Made by a program: the position numbers and the translations under genes. A DNA stretch of 51,242 nucleotides from an uncultured Gemmatimonadota bacterium (GTDB taxonomy: Bacteria > Blakebacterota > Blakebacteria > Blakebacterales > Blakebacteraceae): positions 1 through 51,242 of the forward strand of contig CAZNUA010000024.1 of the NCBI GenBank assembly GCA_964576115.1, given 5' to 3'. Numbering within the stretch: position 1 is the first letter of the stretch; each line of letters begins with the position of its first letter. Shown here one piece after another: positions 8,281-19,783 of the stretch. The notes below the pieces were generated by a model. That model was not told where the DNA came from. It saw only the letters and a list, made by a program, of their open reading frames with translations, and did not search any database.

Positions 8281-8342
8281 GAGGCGCCATCAGTGGCCTG
8301 TGCGCCGTCGGGCGCGCGGGCCGCGGCGTTTCGACGGGTGAC

Positions 8343-9293
8343 GTGTACCACGTTCCCGTTCTGGCCCGCCAGGCCGCCGAGGCTCTCGTCACCGATCCCG
8401 ACGGCCGCTATCTCGACGCCACCATCGGGGGCGGGGGACACCTGACGTTCCTGCTCGAGATCACGGGGGAGGAGGCGAAAATACTCGGCATCGACCGCGA
8501 TCCGCAGGCGCTCGCCGCGGCCGGTGCTCTGACAGAAGGAACCGATCGGGTGACGTTGCGCCGGGGAGAGTTCGCGGACCTGGCCCGGCTCGCCGCCAGA
8601 GAGGGGCTGATTCCCCTGCACGGGATCCTGTTCGATCTGGGCGTCAGCTCGCACCAGATCGACTCGCCCGGGCGGGGATTCACCTACCGGGAGGACGCCC
8701 CCCTCGATATGCGGATGGATCCCGATCTCGAAAGAACGGCGGCCGATGTGCTGGCAGAGAGCGATGTCGAGGAACTCACCCGTATTTTCTCCGAATACGG
8801 GGAGCTCCGCGAGGCGCGGGGTCTGGCGCACGCGATCGTGACGGCGCGTGCCGGCGAACCGCTCGAGCGCAGTTCGCAGCTGGTGCGGATTGTGTCCGAA
8901 CGCACTCCCGGTCACCGCCGCACCAAGACTCTCAGCCGGGTCTTTCAGTCGCTCAGAATTGCGGTCAACGACGAGCTGGCGCAGCTCGAAGCGGCCCTGG
9001 AGGCGTCGGTGGACGTTCTCGGGCCGGGGGGCAGGTTGGTAGTCATCGCCTATCACTCGCTCGAAGACAGGCGGGTGAAGGAGTTTTTCAGAACGCACGC
9101 GGGGCAGTGCCGCTGCCCGCCCGATTTTCCCGTCTGCGTTTGCGGTGCCCAGGCCCTCTTCAGATCCCTGACGCGCAAGCCCGTCGTGCCGACCGCCGAC
9201 GAAATCGAAGACAACCCCCGTGCCAGAAGTGCGCGGATGCGGGTTGCGGAACGAACCGGGAACGTCAGAGGCGGAGAGGACCGGAGCGGGTGA
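8343..9293 (+). CDS. rsmH: 16S rRNA m4C1402 methyltransferase RsmH (MraW)
   Basis: HVPVL, DATIGGGGH, GIDRDPQA, LFDLGVSSHQID...RGF, PLDMRMD, FQSLRIAVNDEL, YHSLEDRRVK, NPRARSARMR. Confidence 0.97.
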   Translation: MYHVPVLARQAAEALVTDPDGRYLDATIGGGGHLTFLLEITGEEAKILGIDRDPQALAAAGALTEGTDRVTLRRGEFADLARLAAREGLIPLHGILFDLGVSSHQIDSPGRGFTYREDAPLDMRMDPDLERTAADVLAESDVEELTRIFSEYGELREARGLAHAIVTARAGEPLERSSQLVRIVSERTPGHRRTKTLSRVFQSLRIAVNDELAQLEAALEASVDVLGPGGRLVVIAYHSLEDRRVKEFFRTHAGQCRCPPDFPVCVCGAQALFRSLTRKPVVPTADEIEDNPRARSARMRVAERTGNVRGGEDRSG

Positions 9294-9769
9294 GCTCGAA
9301 GAAACGGAAAAAGAGGCGGCGTTCGGGACCCGTGCATCTACCCGCGGCCCGCACCCTATCCCCCGGCAGCCGGATCGCACTCGCGGTCGGTACGACCTTC
9401 CTCGTCTGCCTGTTCTACCTCATGGGGATGAACCGGACCCTTGAACTGGCCGCCCGGCTCGAGAGGGTTCAGTCCGAATGCGAAGCCGCCGAACGGGCGG
9501 TCGAACGACTCGAACTCGAGCTCTCGGCCCAACTGGCTTCAGAAAGGATCGTGGCCCTGGCCCGGGAGCGGCTCGGCCTGGAATTCCCCGCCGGCGGTAT
9601 GGAAACCCTTGCCGTACTCCCTGAAGCCTGCGGCCGGAGTGGTGATGTCGGCACCTACCTGAAGAACGCTTTCGCCATCACGCTCGAGGGGCTCGAGCGG
9701 CACCTGGCGCCTACCGCCTGGGCGCGCCAGACGACACTCCCCGATTCGGGCCGGGGGCTGCAGCCGTGA
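9290..9769 (+). CDS. ftsL: cell division protein FtsL-like
   Basis: GTGA overlap with the rsmH stop; basic N-tail, single TM helix, coiled coil ending LASERIVALARERLGL; canonical position between rsmH and ftsI. Confidence 0.75.
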   Translation: MSSKKRKKRRRSGPVHLPAARTLSPGSRIALAVGTTFLVCLFYLMGMNRTLELAARLERVQSECEAAERAVERLELELSAQLASERIVALARERLGLEFPAGGMETLAVLPEACGRSGDVGTYLKNAFAITLEGLERHLAPTAWARQTTLPDSGRGLQP

Positions 9770-11871
9770 CCGGCGCTCCCCTGCACACCGGACGCCTGAA
9801 GCTGCTGGCGCTACTCTTCCTGATCGGGTGGGCCGGTCTGGTATACCGGCTGGCCGACATCCAGATCCTGCGAGCCGGCGAATACGCCGAGCGGGCCGAC
9901 AGTCAGCACCACCACGAGATGATGCTCCAGGCCCGGCGGGGCGACATCCTCGATACCGCCGGGCGACCGCTGGCCGTCGACCGCCTGCTGCATACTGTCG
10001 GGGTTCACCCCCGCTACGTCGAAGATCCGGCCGAAGTGGCCCGGCTCCTGACCCGCCTGGTGGGCCGAACGCAGGCGCAGTGGGAGACCACAATCGCTGA
10101 GCACGAGAGCTTCTTTTACGCCGCCCGGCAGATTGATCTGATCGAGGAACCGCCCCGGTCCCACGAATTGCCCCCCGGTCTGCAGATAGAGAAAGCCTGG
10201 CGCCGGACCTACCCGCGCCGCCGGGCCGCCGCCGCCCTGCTCGGCTACACCGGTGTGGACCGGATCGGTCTGGAAGGACTCGAACGGGTCTGGGATGAGC
10301 GGCTGAGCGGCCGTCCCGGGCGCGTTGTGGAACAGGTCGACGCCATGGGGGTACCCATCCCCGGACGCGAAATCACCCGCACCGAACCCTTCTCCGGTCG
10401 CGGTATCCGTCTCACTCTCGATGCCGTCGTTCAGGAGGTGCTCGAATCCGAACTGGCTGCCGGAATCCTGCGGAGCGAGGCCGAAAGCGGATGCGCCGTG
10501 GCGTTGGATCCCGTGTCGGGAGCGGTTTTGGCAATGGCCAACTGGCCCGGCTTTAATCCCAATACCCCCGAGGCCTCAGCGGCATCCGCCCGCCGCAACC
10601 GCGTTCTCACCGATCCCTTCGAACCGGGTTCGGTCATGAAGCTGGTCACCTTCACCGCCGCGCTGGATGCCAACCGCTACACCCCGGCCGATACGATCGA
10701 CGGCGGGAACGGCGTGATCCAGGTGGTCGGTTCCGAGATCCGCGACGTGCACGCCCACGGGCTGATGAGTCTGGGTGAGGTGCTCGGTTTTTCGAGTAAC
10801 GTCGGCACGGTTCAGATCGCCCGCGCCATCGGTTCCAACGGTCTCTACGCCTACGCCCGTGATTTCGGCTTCGGACAGCCCTGCGGGATCGGTCTGCCCG
10901 GAGAGGAAAGCGGGCTTCTGCGCCGGCTGGCCGACTGGTACGGTCCGGCGCTCGAAAGTCTCGCGATCGGCTACGGGGTTTCGGTGACCGCCCTGCAGAT
11001 CGCCGCCGCCTATGCGGCGGTGGCCAACGGGGGACGGCTCATGCGACCGTGGTTGGTGGCCGGGGTACAGGACAGGCGCGGACGCTGGCAGACAGCCGAG
11101 GAACCACGGCTCGTGCGCCGGGTCATGCATGAGGAAACCAGCGCCATCCTGCGCGGTTTCCTGCGCCAGGCGGTCCAGAGCGGAACCGGCGAGAAAGCCC
11201 GGGTGACCGGACTCGATATTGCCGGCAAGACCGGAACCGCCCGCAAAGCCGGTGTCGGGGGGTACGAGGCGGGCAGCTACATCTCCAGTTTCTGCGGCTT
11301 TCTGCCCGCCGATGAACCGGAGTTTCTGCTGCTGGTGGTCGTCAACGAACCCTCCAACCGCTACTACGCCAGCGAGGTGGCCGCTCCGATTTTCGCCCGC
11401 ACCGTGCAGCGGCTTGCCTGTCACCCCGAAGAACCGTTGAGCAGTATCCGCAGCCCCGTGTACAGGGTCGTCGAGGCTCCCCGGCCGGTTGTCCCCGACC
11501 TGCGTCGCTGGCCGGCGACTGAAGCGGGCAAAGCCCTGAGTCGCCGTGGCCTCCGGGTCCGCTTCGTGGGTTCGGGACCGGCTGTACAAGCCCAGGAACC
11601 GGCGCCGCTGAGCCCGGTCAAAGAAGGGGAGGTGGTGATCCTCCACCTCGCCGGACCGGTCGAGTCGGAGGCCGGCGACGACCTTCGCATGCCCGATCTC
11701 AGAGGCCTGAGCCTGCGCCAGGCGGCCGCCGAAGCCTCGGCTCTCGGCCTGGTTCTTTCGGTTGAGGGCAGCGGTCTCATCCGACGCCAGTCACTCCCTG
11801 CAGGCAGCCCCGTCTCGCCCGGCACCGAATTGCATGTATCAGCCGCAGGGGGAGAAGGGAGTTGGCGATGA
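9766..11871 (+). CDS. ftsI: class B penicillin-binding protein (FtsI/PBP3) with two C-terminal PASTA domains
   Basis: N-terminal TM, RGDILD, R.YP, GLEGLE, EPGSVMK (SxxK), SSNVG (SxN), GKTGTA (KTG); VVPDLR and MPDLRGLSLRQA PASTA starts. Confidence 0.93.
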   Translation: MTGAPLHTGRLKLLALLFLIGWAGLVYRLADIQILRAGEYAERADSQHHHEMMLQARRGDILDTAGRPLAVDRLLHTVGVHPRYVEDPAEVARLLTRLVGRTQAQWETTIAEHESFFYAARQIDLIEEPPRSHELPPGLQIEKAWRRTYPRRRAAAALLGYTGVDRIGLEGLERVWDERLSGRPGRVVEQVDAMGVPIPGREITRTEPFSGRGIRLTLDAVVQEVLESELAAGILRSEAESGCAVALDPVSGAVLAMANWPGFNPNTPEASAASARRNRVLTDPFEPGSVMKLVTFTAALDANRYTPADTIDGGNGVIQVVGSEIRDVHAHGLMSLGEVLGFSSNVGTVQIARAIGSNGLYAYARDFGFGQPCGIGLPGEESGLLRRLADWYGPALESLAIGYGVSVTALQIAAAYAAVANGGRLMRPWLVAGVQDRRGRWQTAEEPRLVRRVMHEETSAILRGFLRQAVQSGTGEKARVTGLDIAGKTGTARKAGVGGYEAGSYISSFCGFLPADEPEFLLLVVVNEPSNRYYASEVAAPIFARTVQRLACHPEEPLSSIRSPVYRVVEAPRPVVPDLRRWPATEAGKALSRRGLRVRFVGSGPAVQAQEPAPLSPVKEGEVVILHLAGPVESEAGDDLRMPDLRGLSLRQAAAEASALGLVLSVEGSGLIRRQSLPAGSPVSPGTELHVSAAGGEGSWR

Positions 11872-13361
11872 GACTCGACGTGCTCCTGAAATTCGCCGGC
11901 CTCGAAACGTCGGCGACCGGATCGGAGCCCCTCCGGGATCGGGAGATCACCGGTCTGGCTTATGACAGCCGCCAGGTGTCGGATGGAGATCTCTTCCTGG
12001 CCGTGACGGGCGAGTTCGCTGACGGCCACGACTTTGTCGCGCAGGCCCGTGAGCGGGGAGCGGTGGCGGCGGTCGTCGAGCGGCCCGTGGCCGACGACCT
12101 GCCCCAGATCGTCGTCGCCGACAGCCGCCGGTCGATGGGCCGGCTGGCGGCTGCCCTCCATTCCTGGCCCGGGGAAAAACTCTTCACGGTCGGCATCACC
12201 GGTACCAACGGCAAGACCACGACCGCCAACCTGGTGCGGGCCTGTTTCGAGGCCGACGGCCGACGTGCGGGCGGTGTGGGAACGGTGGAGTACGTAGTGG
12301 GTTCCGAGCACCTTCCCGCCCCCCATACCACCCCCGAGGCGGTCGATCTGCAGGCGCTCATGACCCGGATGCTCGCCGCCGGCGACAGCGCGGCGGTCAT
12401 GGAGGTGAGCAGTCACGCCCTGGCGCTCGGGCGACTCGAGGGCACGGCCTTCGACGCCGCCGGTTTTACCAATCTCGGCCGCGACCATCTCGATTTTCAT
12501 GCCTCGATGGACGACTACCTGGCAGCCAAACGGATTCTCTTCACCCGTTACCGCAAGAAAGACGGGACAGCCGTGGTGAATATCGACGATAGCGTCGGCG
12601 CGCGGCTGGCCCGCGAACTCGAGCCTCCAGTTGTCACGATCGGGCTCACTCCGGGTTCCGACCTGACGGCTACCGGAATCGAGATCGGTGTCGAAGGGAT
12701 CAAGTGCGAGCTGTCAGACGGCGACCGCACGGCACCGCTCGCCAGCCCCCTGCTGGGCGCGTTCCAGATCCAGAATCTTCTCATGGCGGCCGGTCTCGCC
12801 CGGGTGGCCGGGATCGATCTCGAGACTGCCGCACGGGGCATGGCCGGGGTCCGGAACGTCGACGGGCGCATGGAACATCTGCCCGCCCCCGAGGGTGTGA
12901 CCATCCTGCTCGACTACGCCCATAAACCCGATGCCCTCAAGGTGGCGGTGCAGGCCTGTCGGGAGATCGCCGCCGGCCGGGTCATCGTCCTCTTCGGCTG
13001 CGGCGGTGATCGCGACCGGGGCAAACGTCCCCTCATGGGACGCATAGCCGCCATGGGGGCCGACCGGGTCATCATCACCAGCGACAATCCCCGGACCGAG
13101 GAACCGGAAGCCATCATCGCCGAGATCGTGGCGGGTGTGCCGAAGGAGGCGGATGCCACCGTCATTACCGACCGGATCGAAGCCATCGGCCGGGCCGTGG
13201 CCGAAGCGAGGCCCGGCGACGTCCTCCTGATCGCCGGCAAAGGGCACGAGCGGTACCAGATCATCGGCACCGAACGACTGCCTTTCGATGAACGGGCGGT
13301 CGTTGCCCGGGCGGTCGCTGCAGTCACCGGCGGCCCGAAGGGTAAGGGACGGTTCCGATGA
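11868..13361 (+). CDS. murE: UDP-MurNAc-tripeptide synthetase MurE (meso-DAP type)
   Basis: YDSRQV, GITGTNGKTTT, HTTPE, MEVSSHAL, FTNLGRDHLDFH, DYAHKPDAL, GCGGDRDRGKRPLMG, SDNPR (DAP-specific), AGKGHE. Confidence 0.97.
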   Translation: MRLDVLLKFAGLETSATGSEPLRDREITGLAYDSRQVSDGDLFLAVTGEFADGHDFVAQARERGAVAAVVERPVADDLPQIVVADSRRSMGRLAAALHSWPGEKLFTVGITGTNGKTTTANLVRACFEADGRRAGGVGTVEYVVGSEHLPAPHTTPEAVDLQALMTRMLAAGDSAAVMEVSSHALALGRLEGTAFDAAGFTNLGRDHLDFHASMDDYLAAKRILFTRYRKKDGTAVVNIDDSVGARLARELEPPVVTIGLTPGSDLTATGIEIGVEGIKCELSDGDRTAPLASPLLGAFQIQNLLMAAGLARVAGIDLETAARGMAGVRNVDGRMEHLPAPEGVTILLDYAHKPDALKVAVQACREIAAGRVIVLFGCGGDRDRGKRPLMGRIAAMGADRVIITSDNPRTEEPEAIIAEIVAGVPKEADATVITDRIEAIGRAVAEARPGDVLLIAGKGHERYQIIGTERLPFDERAVVARAVAAVTGGPKGKGRFR

Positions 13362-14758
13362 ACGGCCGTTCCTCTGCTTCCCTGTCCCCCGAGACCGCCT
13401 TCACCGGGGTGAGCATCGACAGTCGAACCCTCCGGAAGGGCGATCTCTTCATCGCCATCAGGGGCCAGAACCATGACGGTCACGATTTCGTCGAAGCCGC
13501 GTTGGAGGCCGGGGCCGCGGCGGCGGTCGTTTCCAAAGCCTGGCTCGCGACCCGCCGCCGGCGGAGCGTGCGCGGCCGGCCGCTGATCGCCGTGGCCGAC
13601 ACCCTCGAGACACTGCAGGCGCTGGCCCGCTACCACCGTCGTCGGCTCGGGCTGCCCGTGATCGGGGTAACAGGCTCGAACGGAAAGACCACCACCAAGG
13701 AAATGATCGGCGCCGCTCTGGCCCCCTCGCTCCGGGTTCTGCGAAGCGAGGGGTCGTACAACAATCATATCGGCGTCCCTCTCACACTTCTGCGCTTGCG
13801 GCGCATGCACGAGGTCGCAGCCGTCGAAATAGGCACCAACCATCCCGGCGAGATCGCCGCGCTGTGTACCATTGCCGAACCGACGGGAGGGGTCATCACC
13901 AATGTCGGGGCGACCCACCTGGAGTTCATGGGTACTGTGGACGCGGTCGCTCGTGAGAAGCAGCAGCTCGTCGAGGCGATCGGTCCGCAGGGTTTTGTGG
14001 TCCTCAATGCCGATGACGAGCGGGTGATGGCCATGGCTGCGGCGACCGAGGCCCGGATCATCACTTTCGGAACCGGACCCGAAGCCGATGTATGCGGCCG
14101 TATCGGCGACATGCGTGACGGAGTCAAACCGGTCTTCGAGATCGAGGGGGGACCGGTTGTCCGTTTGCAGGTGCCGGGCCGTCATAACGTCCTCAACGCC
14201 CTGGCCGCCCTGGCCGTCGCGACGGCTCTGGACTGTCCGCTCGAGGCAGCCGCCCGGGGCCTGGAGGGATTTCGCGGCACCCGCTGGCGCGGCGAGATCG
14301 TACGGGCGGGAGCGATCGTGGTCCTCAACGATGCCTACAACGCCAATCCGGTCAGCGCACGGAATGCTCTGGATATGCTCAGCGCCTGGAACGAAGAAGG
14401 TATCGTGCGCCGGGTGGCGGTTCTCGGCGACATGCTCGAGATGGGGGAGGGTGCGGGAAGTCTGCACCGTTCGCTGGGATACGAGGCGGCCGAACGAAAC
14501 GTGGATCTGCTTGTTGCGGTCGGCAGGTGGGCGGCCGAGGTCGCCGGCGGGGCGCGAGCGGGTGGCCTGAACAACGGCTGCGTGCTGGTTTCGGAGGATG
14601 TCGAGACCGCCTGGCAGGCGCTTGCGGAACGGCTCGAGGCGGGGGATGCGATCCTGCTCAAGGGCAGTCGGGGCGTGGGGCTGGAAATGATCGCCGAACG
14701 GATCAGCGAGCGGGTCAGGACCGCCGGCGGTACCAGCGGTACCAAAGGAGGTGAGTGA
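13358..14758 (+). CDS. murF: UDP-MurNAc-pentapeptide synthetase MurF
   Basis: VSIDSRTL, GVTGSNGKTTTKEM, NNHIGVPLTL, EIGTNHPGEI, NDAYNANP, LGDMLEMG, LLKGSRG. Confidence 0.96.
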   Translation: MNGRSSASLSPETAFTGVSIDSRTLRKGDLFIAIRGQNHDGHDFVEAALEAGAAAAVVSKAWLATRRRRSVRGRPLIAVADTLETLQALARYHRRRLGLPVIGVTGSNGKTTTKEMIGAALAPSLRVLRSEGSYNNHIGVPLTLLRLRRMHEVAAVEIGTNHPGEIAALCTIAEPTGGVITNVGATHLEFMGTVDAVAREKQQLVEAIGPQGFVVLNADDERVMAMAAATEARIITFGTGPEADVCGRIGDMRDGVKPVFEIEGGPVVRLQVPGRHNVLNALAALAVATALDCPLEAAARGLEGFRGTRWRGEIVRAGAIVVLNDAYNANPVSARNALDMLSAWNEEGIVRRVAVLGDMLEMGEGAGSLHRSLGYEAAERNVDLLVAVGRWAAEVAGGARAGGLNNGCVLVSEDVETAWQALAERLEAGDAILLKGSRGVGLEMIAERISERVRTAGGTSGTKGGE

Positions 14759-14761
14759 GAC

Positions 14762-15859
14762 GTGTTCTACCACCTTCTCCACCCCCTGAGCGAGCAGATC
14801 GGTTTCGGGTTCATGCGCCTGTTCGGGTACATCTCCTTCCGTTCGGCGTATGCCGCCGTGACCGCCCTGCTGCTCTGCTTCATTTTCGGCGGTTGGCTCA
14901 TCCGTCAGCTGGCCCGCTGGCAGCTGCGCGAGCACATCCGGCCCGACGGGCCGACCTCTCATCTGACCAAGGCCGGCACGCCCACCATGGGCGGGCTGCT
15001 CATCCTGGCGGCAGTAATCCTGCCGACTCTCCTCTGGCAGAAACTGGACACCAACTACACCTGGATCATCCTGCTCTGCACGGTCTGGATGGGAGCGGTC
15101 GGGTTTCTGGACGATTACCTGAAAACGGTCAAACGGTACCCGAAAGGTCTGGTGGCCCGCTACAAACTGCTTGGACAGATCGCCCTCGGACTCATCGTGG
15201 GCATCATCATGGTTGCCGCGCCGCCGGGGCCGGCCGAATACGCCACGGCTACGATGATTCCCTTCGTCAAGGATGCGATGCTCGATTTCGGGATCTTCTA
15301 CATCCCGATCGTCATTCTGGTGATCACCGCCACCTCCAACGCCGTGAACCTCACCGACGGCCTCGACGGTCTGGCCATCGGCCTGGTGGGGATCGCGGCC
15401 TTCGCCTTCATGCTGATGGCCTATGTGAGCGGACGGGTGGACACCGCCGAGTACCTGGGTATCGTCTTCCTCGCCGATGCCGGCGAACTGACCATCTTCG
15501 CCCTGACCCTGGTCGGGGCCTGTCTCGGCTTTCTCTGGTTCAACGCTCACCCCGCCCAGGTCTTCATGGGCGATACCGGTTCGATGGCTCTGGGGGGAGC
15601 CCTGGCCGGTCTGGCCATCCTGCTCAAGAAGGAATTCCTGCTGATCATCGTGGGGGGCGTGTTCGTGATCGAAGCCGCCTCGGTGCTGCTGCAGGTCGCC
15701 AGCTACCGGTGGCGGGGCGGCAAGCGGATCTTCCGCATGGCCCCGCTGCACCACCACTTCGAACTCCTCGGCTGGGCCGAGTCGAAGGTGATCATCAGGT
15801 TCTGGATCCTGGGGATCCTGCTGGCGCTGATCAGTATGACGACGTTCAAGATCCGGTAA
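14762..15859 (+). CDS. mraY: phospho-N-acetylmuramoyl-pentapeptide transferase MraY
   Basis: KAGTPTMGG, GFLDDYLK, SNAVNLTDGLDGLA, FMGDTGS, RMAPLHHHFEL; multiple TM helices. Confidence 0.98.
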   Translation: MFYHLLHPLSEQIGFGFMRLFGYISFRSAYAAVTALLLCFIFGGWLIRQLARWQLREHIRPDGPTSHLTKAGTPTMGGLLILAAVILPTLLWQKLDTNYTWIILLCTVWMGAVGFLDDYLKTVKRYPKGLVARYKLLGQIALGLIVGIIMVAAPPGPAEYATATMIPFVKDAMLDFGIFYIPIVILVITATSNAVNLTDGLDGLAIGLVGIAAFAFMLMAYVSGRVDTAEYLGIVFLADAGELTIFALTLVGACLGFLWFNAHPAQVFMGDTGSMALGGALAGLAILLKKEFLLIIVGGVFVIEAASVLLQVASYRWRGGKRIFRMAPLHHHFELLGWAESKVIIRFWILGILLALISMTTFKIR

Positions 15860-15872
15860 GGGAGACAGGGTG

Positions 15873-16007
15873 ATGCTGAATTTCAATCTGGTACGGGAAC
15901 CGGCAGCGGAGGGGGTCGAACGACCCTCTCCCGCATCGCTTCCCCGGCCCGAAGAGGTAGCGCCGGCCCCGACCGCCGGTTGCGACGAGGAGAAACGGGG
16001 AGAGTAG
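15873..16007 (+). CDS. possible 44-aa small ORF between mraY and murD
   Basis: GGGAG RBS upstream of GTG/ATG; MLNFNLVREPAAEGVERPSPASLPRPEEVAPAPTAGCDEEKRGE fills the intergenic gap; no homology recognised. Confidence 0.25.
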   Translation: MLNFNLVREPAAEGVERPSPASLPRPEEVAPAPTAGCDEEKRGE

Positions 16008-16011
16008 CCAG

Positions 16012-17408
<1,397 letters not shown>

Positions 17409-17412
<4 letters not shown>

Positions 17413-18617
17413 GCCGCCGCAAGCGCCGCCGGCCTGTGCCGGAGAGCGAGCGTCTCAACCGCACGCTCTCGAACGGGTCACCCCCCCGGCACGACCGGGG
17501 TGGTATGGATCCAACCGTGCTGACACTGGTGCTGGTGCTGATTGCACTCGGCACGCTCATGGTTTACAGCGCCTCCTCGGCGGTGGCGACTGAACGTTTC
17601 GGCGACAGCGCCTGGTATCTCAAACGGCACCTGCTCCGGGCTGGGCTCGGTCTGGCTCTGATGTTCATTCTGGCCCGGGCCCGTCAGGCCCGGATCGTCC
17701 GTCTGGGACGGCCCCTGCTCATTGTCGCCATCGTCCTGCTCTGTCTGGTGCTCCTGCCCGGACTGGGCGGGGTGAGCAGCAACGGAGCCAGTCGCTGGCT
17801 GGCCTTCGGTCCCTTGTCCTTTCAACCTTCGGAACTGGCCCGCTTTGCCCTGCTGCTCTGGCTGGCCGACGTGCTGGTCGAACGCCGTAATACCCTGACG
17901 AACTTTCGCGAGGGTCTGGTCCCCGTTCTCGTGCCCGTCGCCGCCGTGCTCGTTCTGGTCGTGGTCGAGGACTTCTCCACCGCGGTGGCGCTCGGACTCA
18001 TCGCGGTCGCCATGATTCTGCTGGCCGGCGCCCGACCGCTTCATCTCGCCGGGCTCGGAGCTGCAGCCCTGCCCCTGATCTGTTTCGCGATGATGGGCAG
18101 TCCGTACCGGCGGGCCCGGTTGGCCGCCTACCTCGAGCACGGAAGCGGGTTGCAGGACGCCAATTACCAGGTCTGGCAATCGCTCATCGGGCTCGGCGAC
18201 GGCGGCTTGCTGGGTAAGGGATTGGGGCACAGCGCCCAGAAGCTGCGCTTTCTGCCCGAGCCCTTCAACGACTTCATCTACTCGATCATCGGCGAGGAAC
18301 TGGGATTCATCGGCGCCGTCGTGGTCCTGATTCTCTTCATGCTCCTCGTCGTCAGGGGGTTGCGGATCGCCGGGGCCGCGCCCTCGGGCACCGGCGCTCT
18401 GCTGGCGGCCGGGATTTCGATCACCATCGGGATCTACGCCCTGATCAACGTCGGGGTGGTGACGGCCCTGCTGCCCGCCACCGGGCTGGCCCTGCCCTTC
18501 ATCTCCTACGGCGGTTCCTCCCTGATTTTCTCCCTGGCCGGCGCAGGCCTGTTGCTGAGTGTTTCGCGCGAAACCGATCTGGCTGCGGGGAGCAAGGGAA
18601 GGGGGCTGCTGCCGTGA
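17409..18617 (+). CDS. ftsW: peptidoglycan polymerase FtsW (SEDS family)
   Basis: MVYSAS, NGASRW, FQPSELAR, YQ..QSLIGLG.GG..GKGLG.S.QK..FLPE..NDFI, LPFISYGGSS. Confidence 0.95.
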
Positions 18618-19783
18618 GACTCTGGGTCGCAGCCGGAGGAACGGGAGGACATCTCTACCCGGCTCTGGCCGTGGTAGAGGAACTCGAACGGTACGGCTCG
18701 GGTATCGAGGCCCGTTTTGCGGTCAGCCGACGCGGTCTGGAGGAATCGGTCCTCGGAGCCTCCGGACGGCCCTTCGTCAGACTGATGACCGAAGGGCTTC
18801 ACCGGCGGGAACTGCGACGCAACCTCCTCTTTCCCTTCCGTCTCGTCTGGGGCTTCGTCCAGAGCCTTGGGGCCGTCCTGCGCCACCGTCCTCAGGTGGC
18901 TTTCGGAACCGGCGGTTTCATTTCCGGCCCCGCTCTGCTGGCCGCCCGGCTCCTCGGCGTTCCCGTCGCTCTGCTGGCGCTCGACGCCTTTCCCGGAGCC
19001 ACTATCAGGCTCCTGGCCCGCCGGGCCCGGATCGTCTTCATCGCTCATGAGGACGCCCGGGCCCACCTGAGCCGGCGGCCCGAGATCATCACGACCGGTA
19101 TTCCGGTCCGGCGGGTCGAGACAATCGATCGATCTGATGCCCGCCAACGGCTGGGGATCGGCCCGGCCGGCCGGCTGCTTCTGGTAACCGGCGGTTCGCA
19201 GGGTTCGGCGACCCTCAACCGGGCCACGCAGGAAGCTCTTCCCCATCTGCTCGGCATGTCCGATCTGGCCCTTCTCTGGCAAACCGGGGAACCTCACTAC
19301 GAAGCCATCACAGCCGGGGTGGCCTCAGATCCGGCTGTGCGCCGGGCCCTCTCCGAAGGCCGCCTCGTGATCGTGCCTTTTATCGAAGCCATGGCCGACG
19401 CCTGGTCGGCCGCCGATCTGGCGCTCTGTCGGGCCGGCGCTTCCACCCTGGCGGAACTGGCCGGCTACGGCGTGCCCGCCCTGCTCGTGCCCCTGCCTAC
19501 CGCGGCCGGCGGACACCAGGAAGCCAATGCCCGCTCTTTCGCCCAGGCCGGTGCCGGGCGTCTGATCCACGACGCCCATCTCGACGGCGTGCGTCTGGCC
19601 ACCGAGGTAGCGGCTCTGCTGGCCGGGGACGGAGTGCTCGAAAAAATGAGCGCCGCCGCAACTGCCCGCGCCGAGACCGGGGCCGCTGTCCGGGTGGCGG
19701 CCGGATTGGTCGCGATCGCCCGCGGGCTCTCGCCCGAGGAGAAAAACGGTTTGCTGGCCGCTTTCGGGGAGGTGCCCGCATGA
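18614..19783 (+). CDS. murG: undecaprenyl-PP-MurNAc-pentapeptide GlcNAc transferase MurG (divergent)
   Basis: AGGTGGHLYP, GTGGFISGP, GGSQGS, CRAGASTLAE, HQEANA; position between ftsW and murC; HEQN motif replaced by LALD. Confidence 0.92.
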   Translation: MRLWVAAGGTGGHLYPALAVVEELERYGSGIEARFAVSRRGLEESVLGASGRPFVRLMTEGLHRRELRRNLLFPFRLVWGFVQSLGAVLRHRPQVAFGTGGFISGPALLAARLLGVPVALLALDAFPGATIRLLARRARIVFIAHEDARAHLSRRPEIITTGIPVRRVETIDRSDARQRLGIGPAGRLLLVTGGSQGSATLNRATQEALPHLLGMSDLALLWQTGEPHYEAITAGVASDPAVRRALSEGRLVIVPFIEAMADAWSAADLALCRAGASTLAELAGYGVPALLVPLPTAAGGHQEANARSFAQAGAGRLIHDAHLDGVRLATEVAALLAGDGVLEKMSAAATARAETGAAVRVAAGLVAIARGLSPEEKNGLLAAFGEVPA

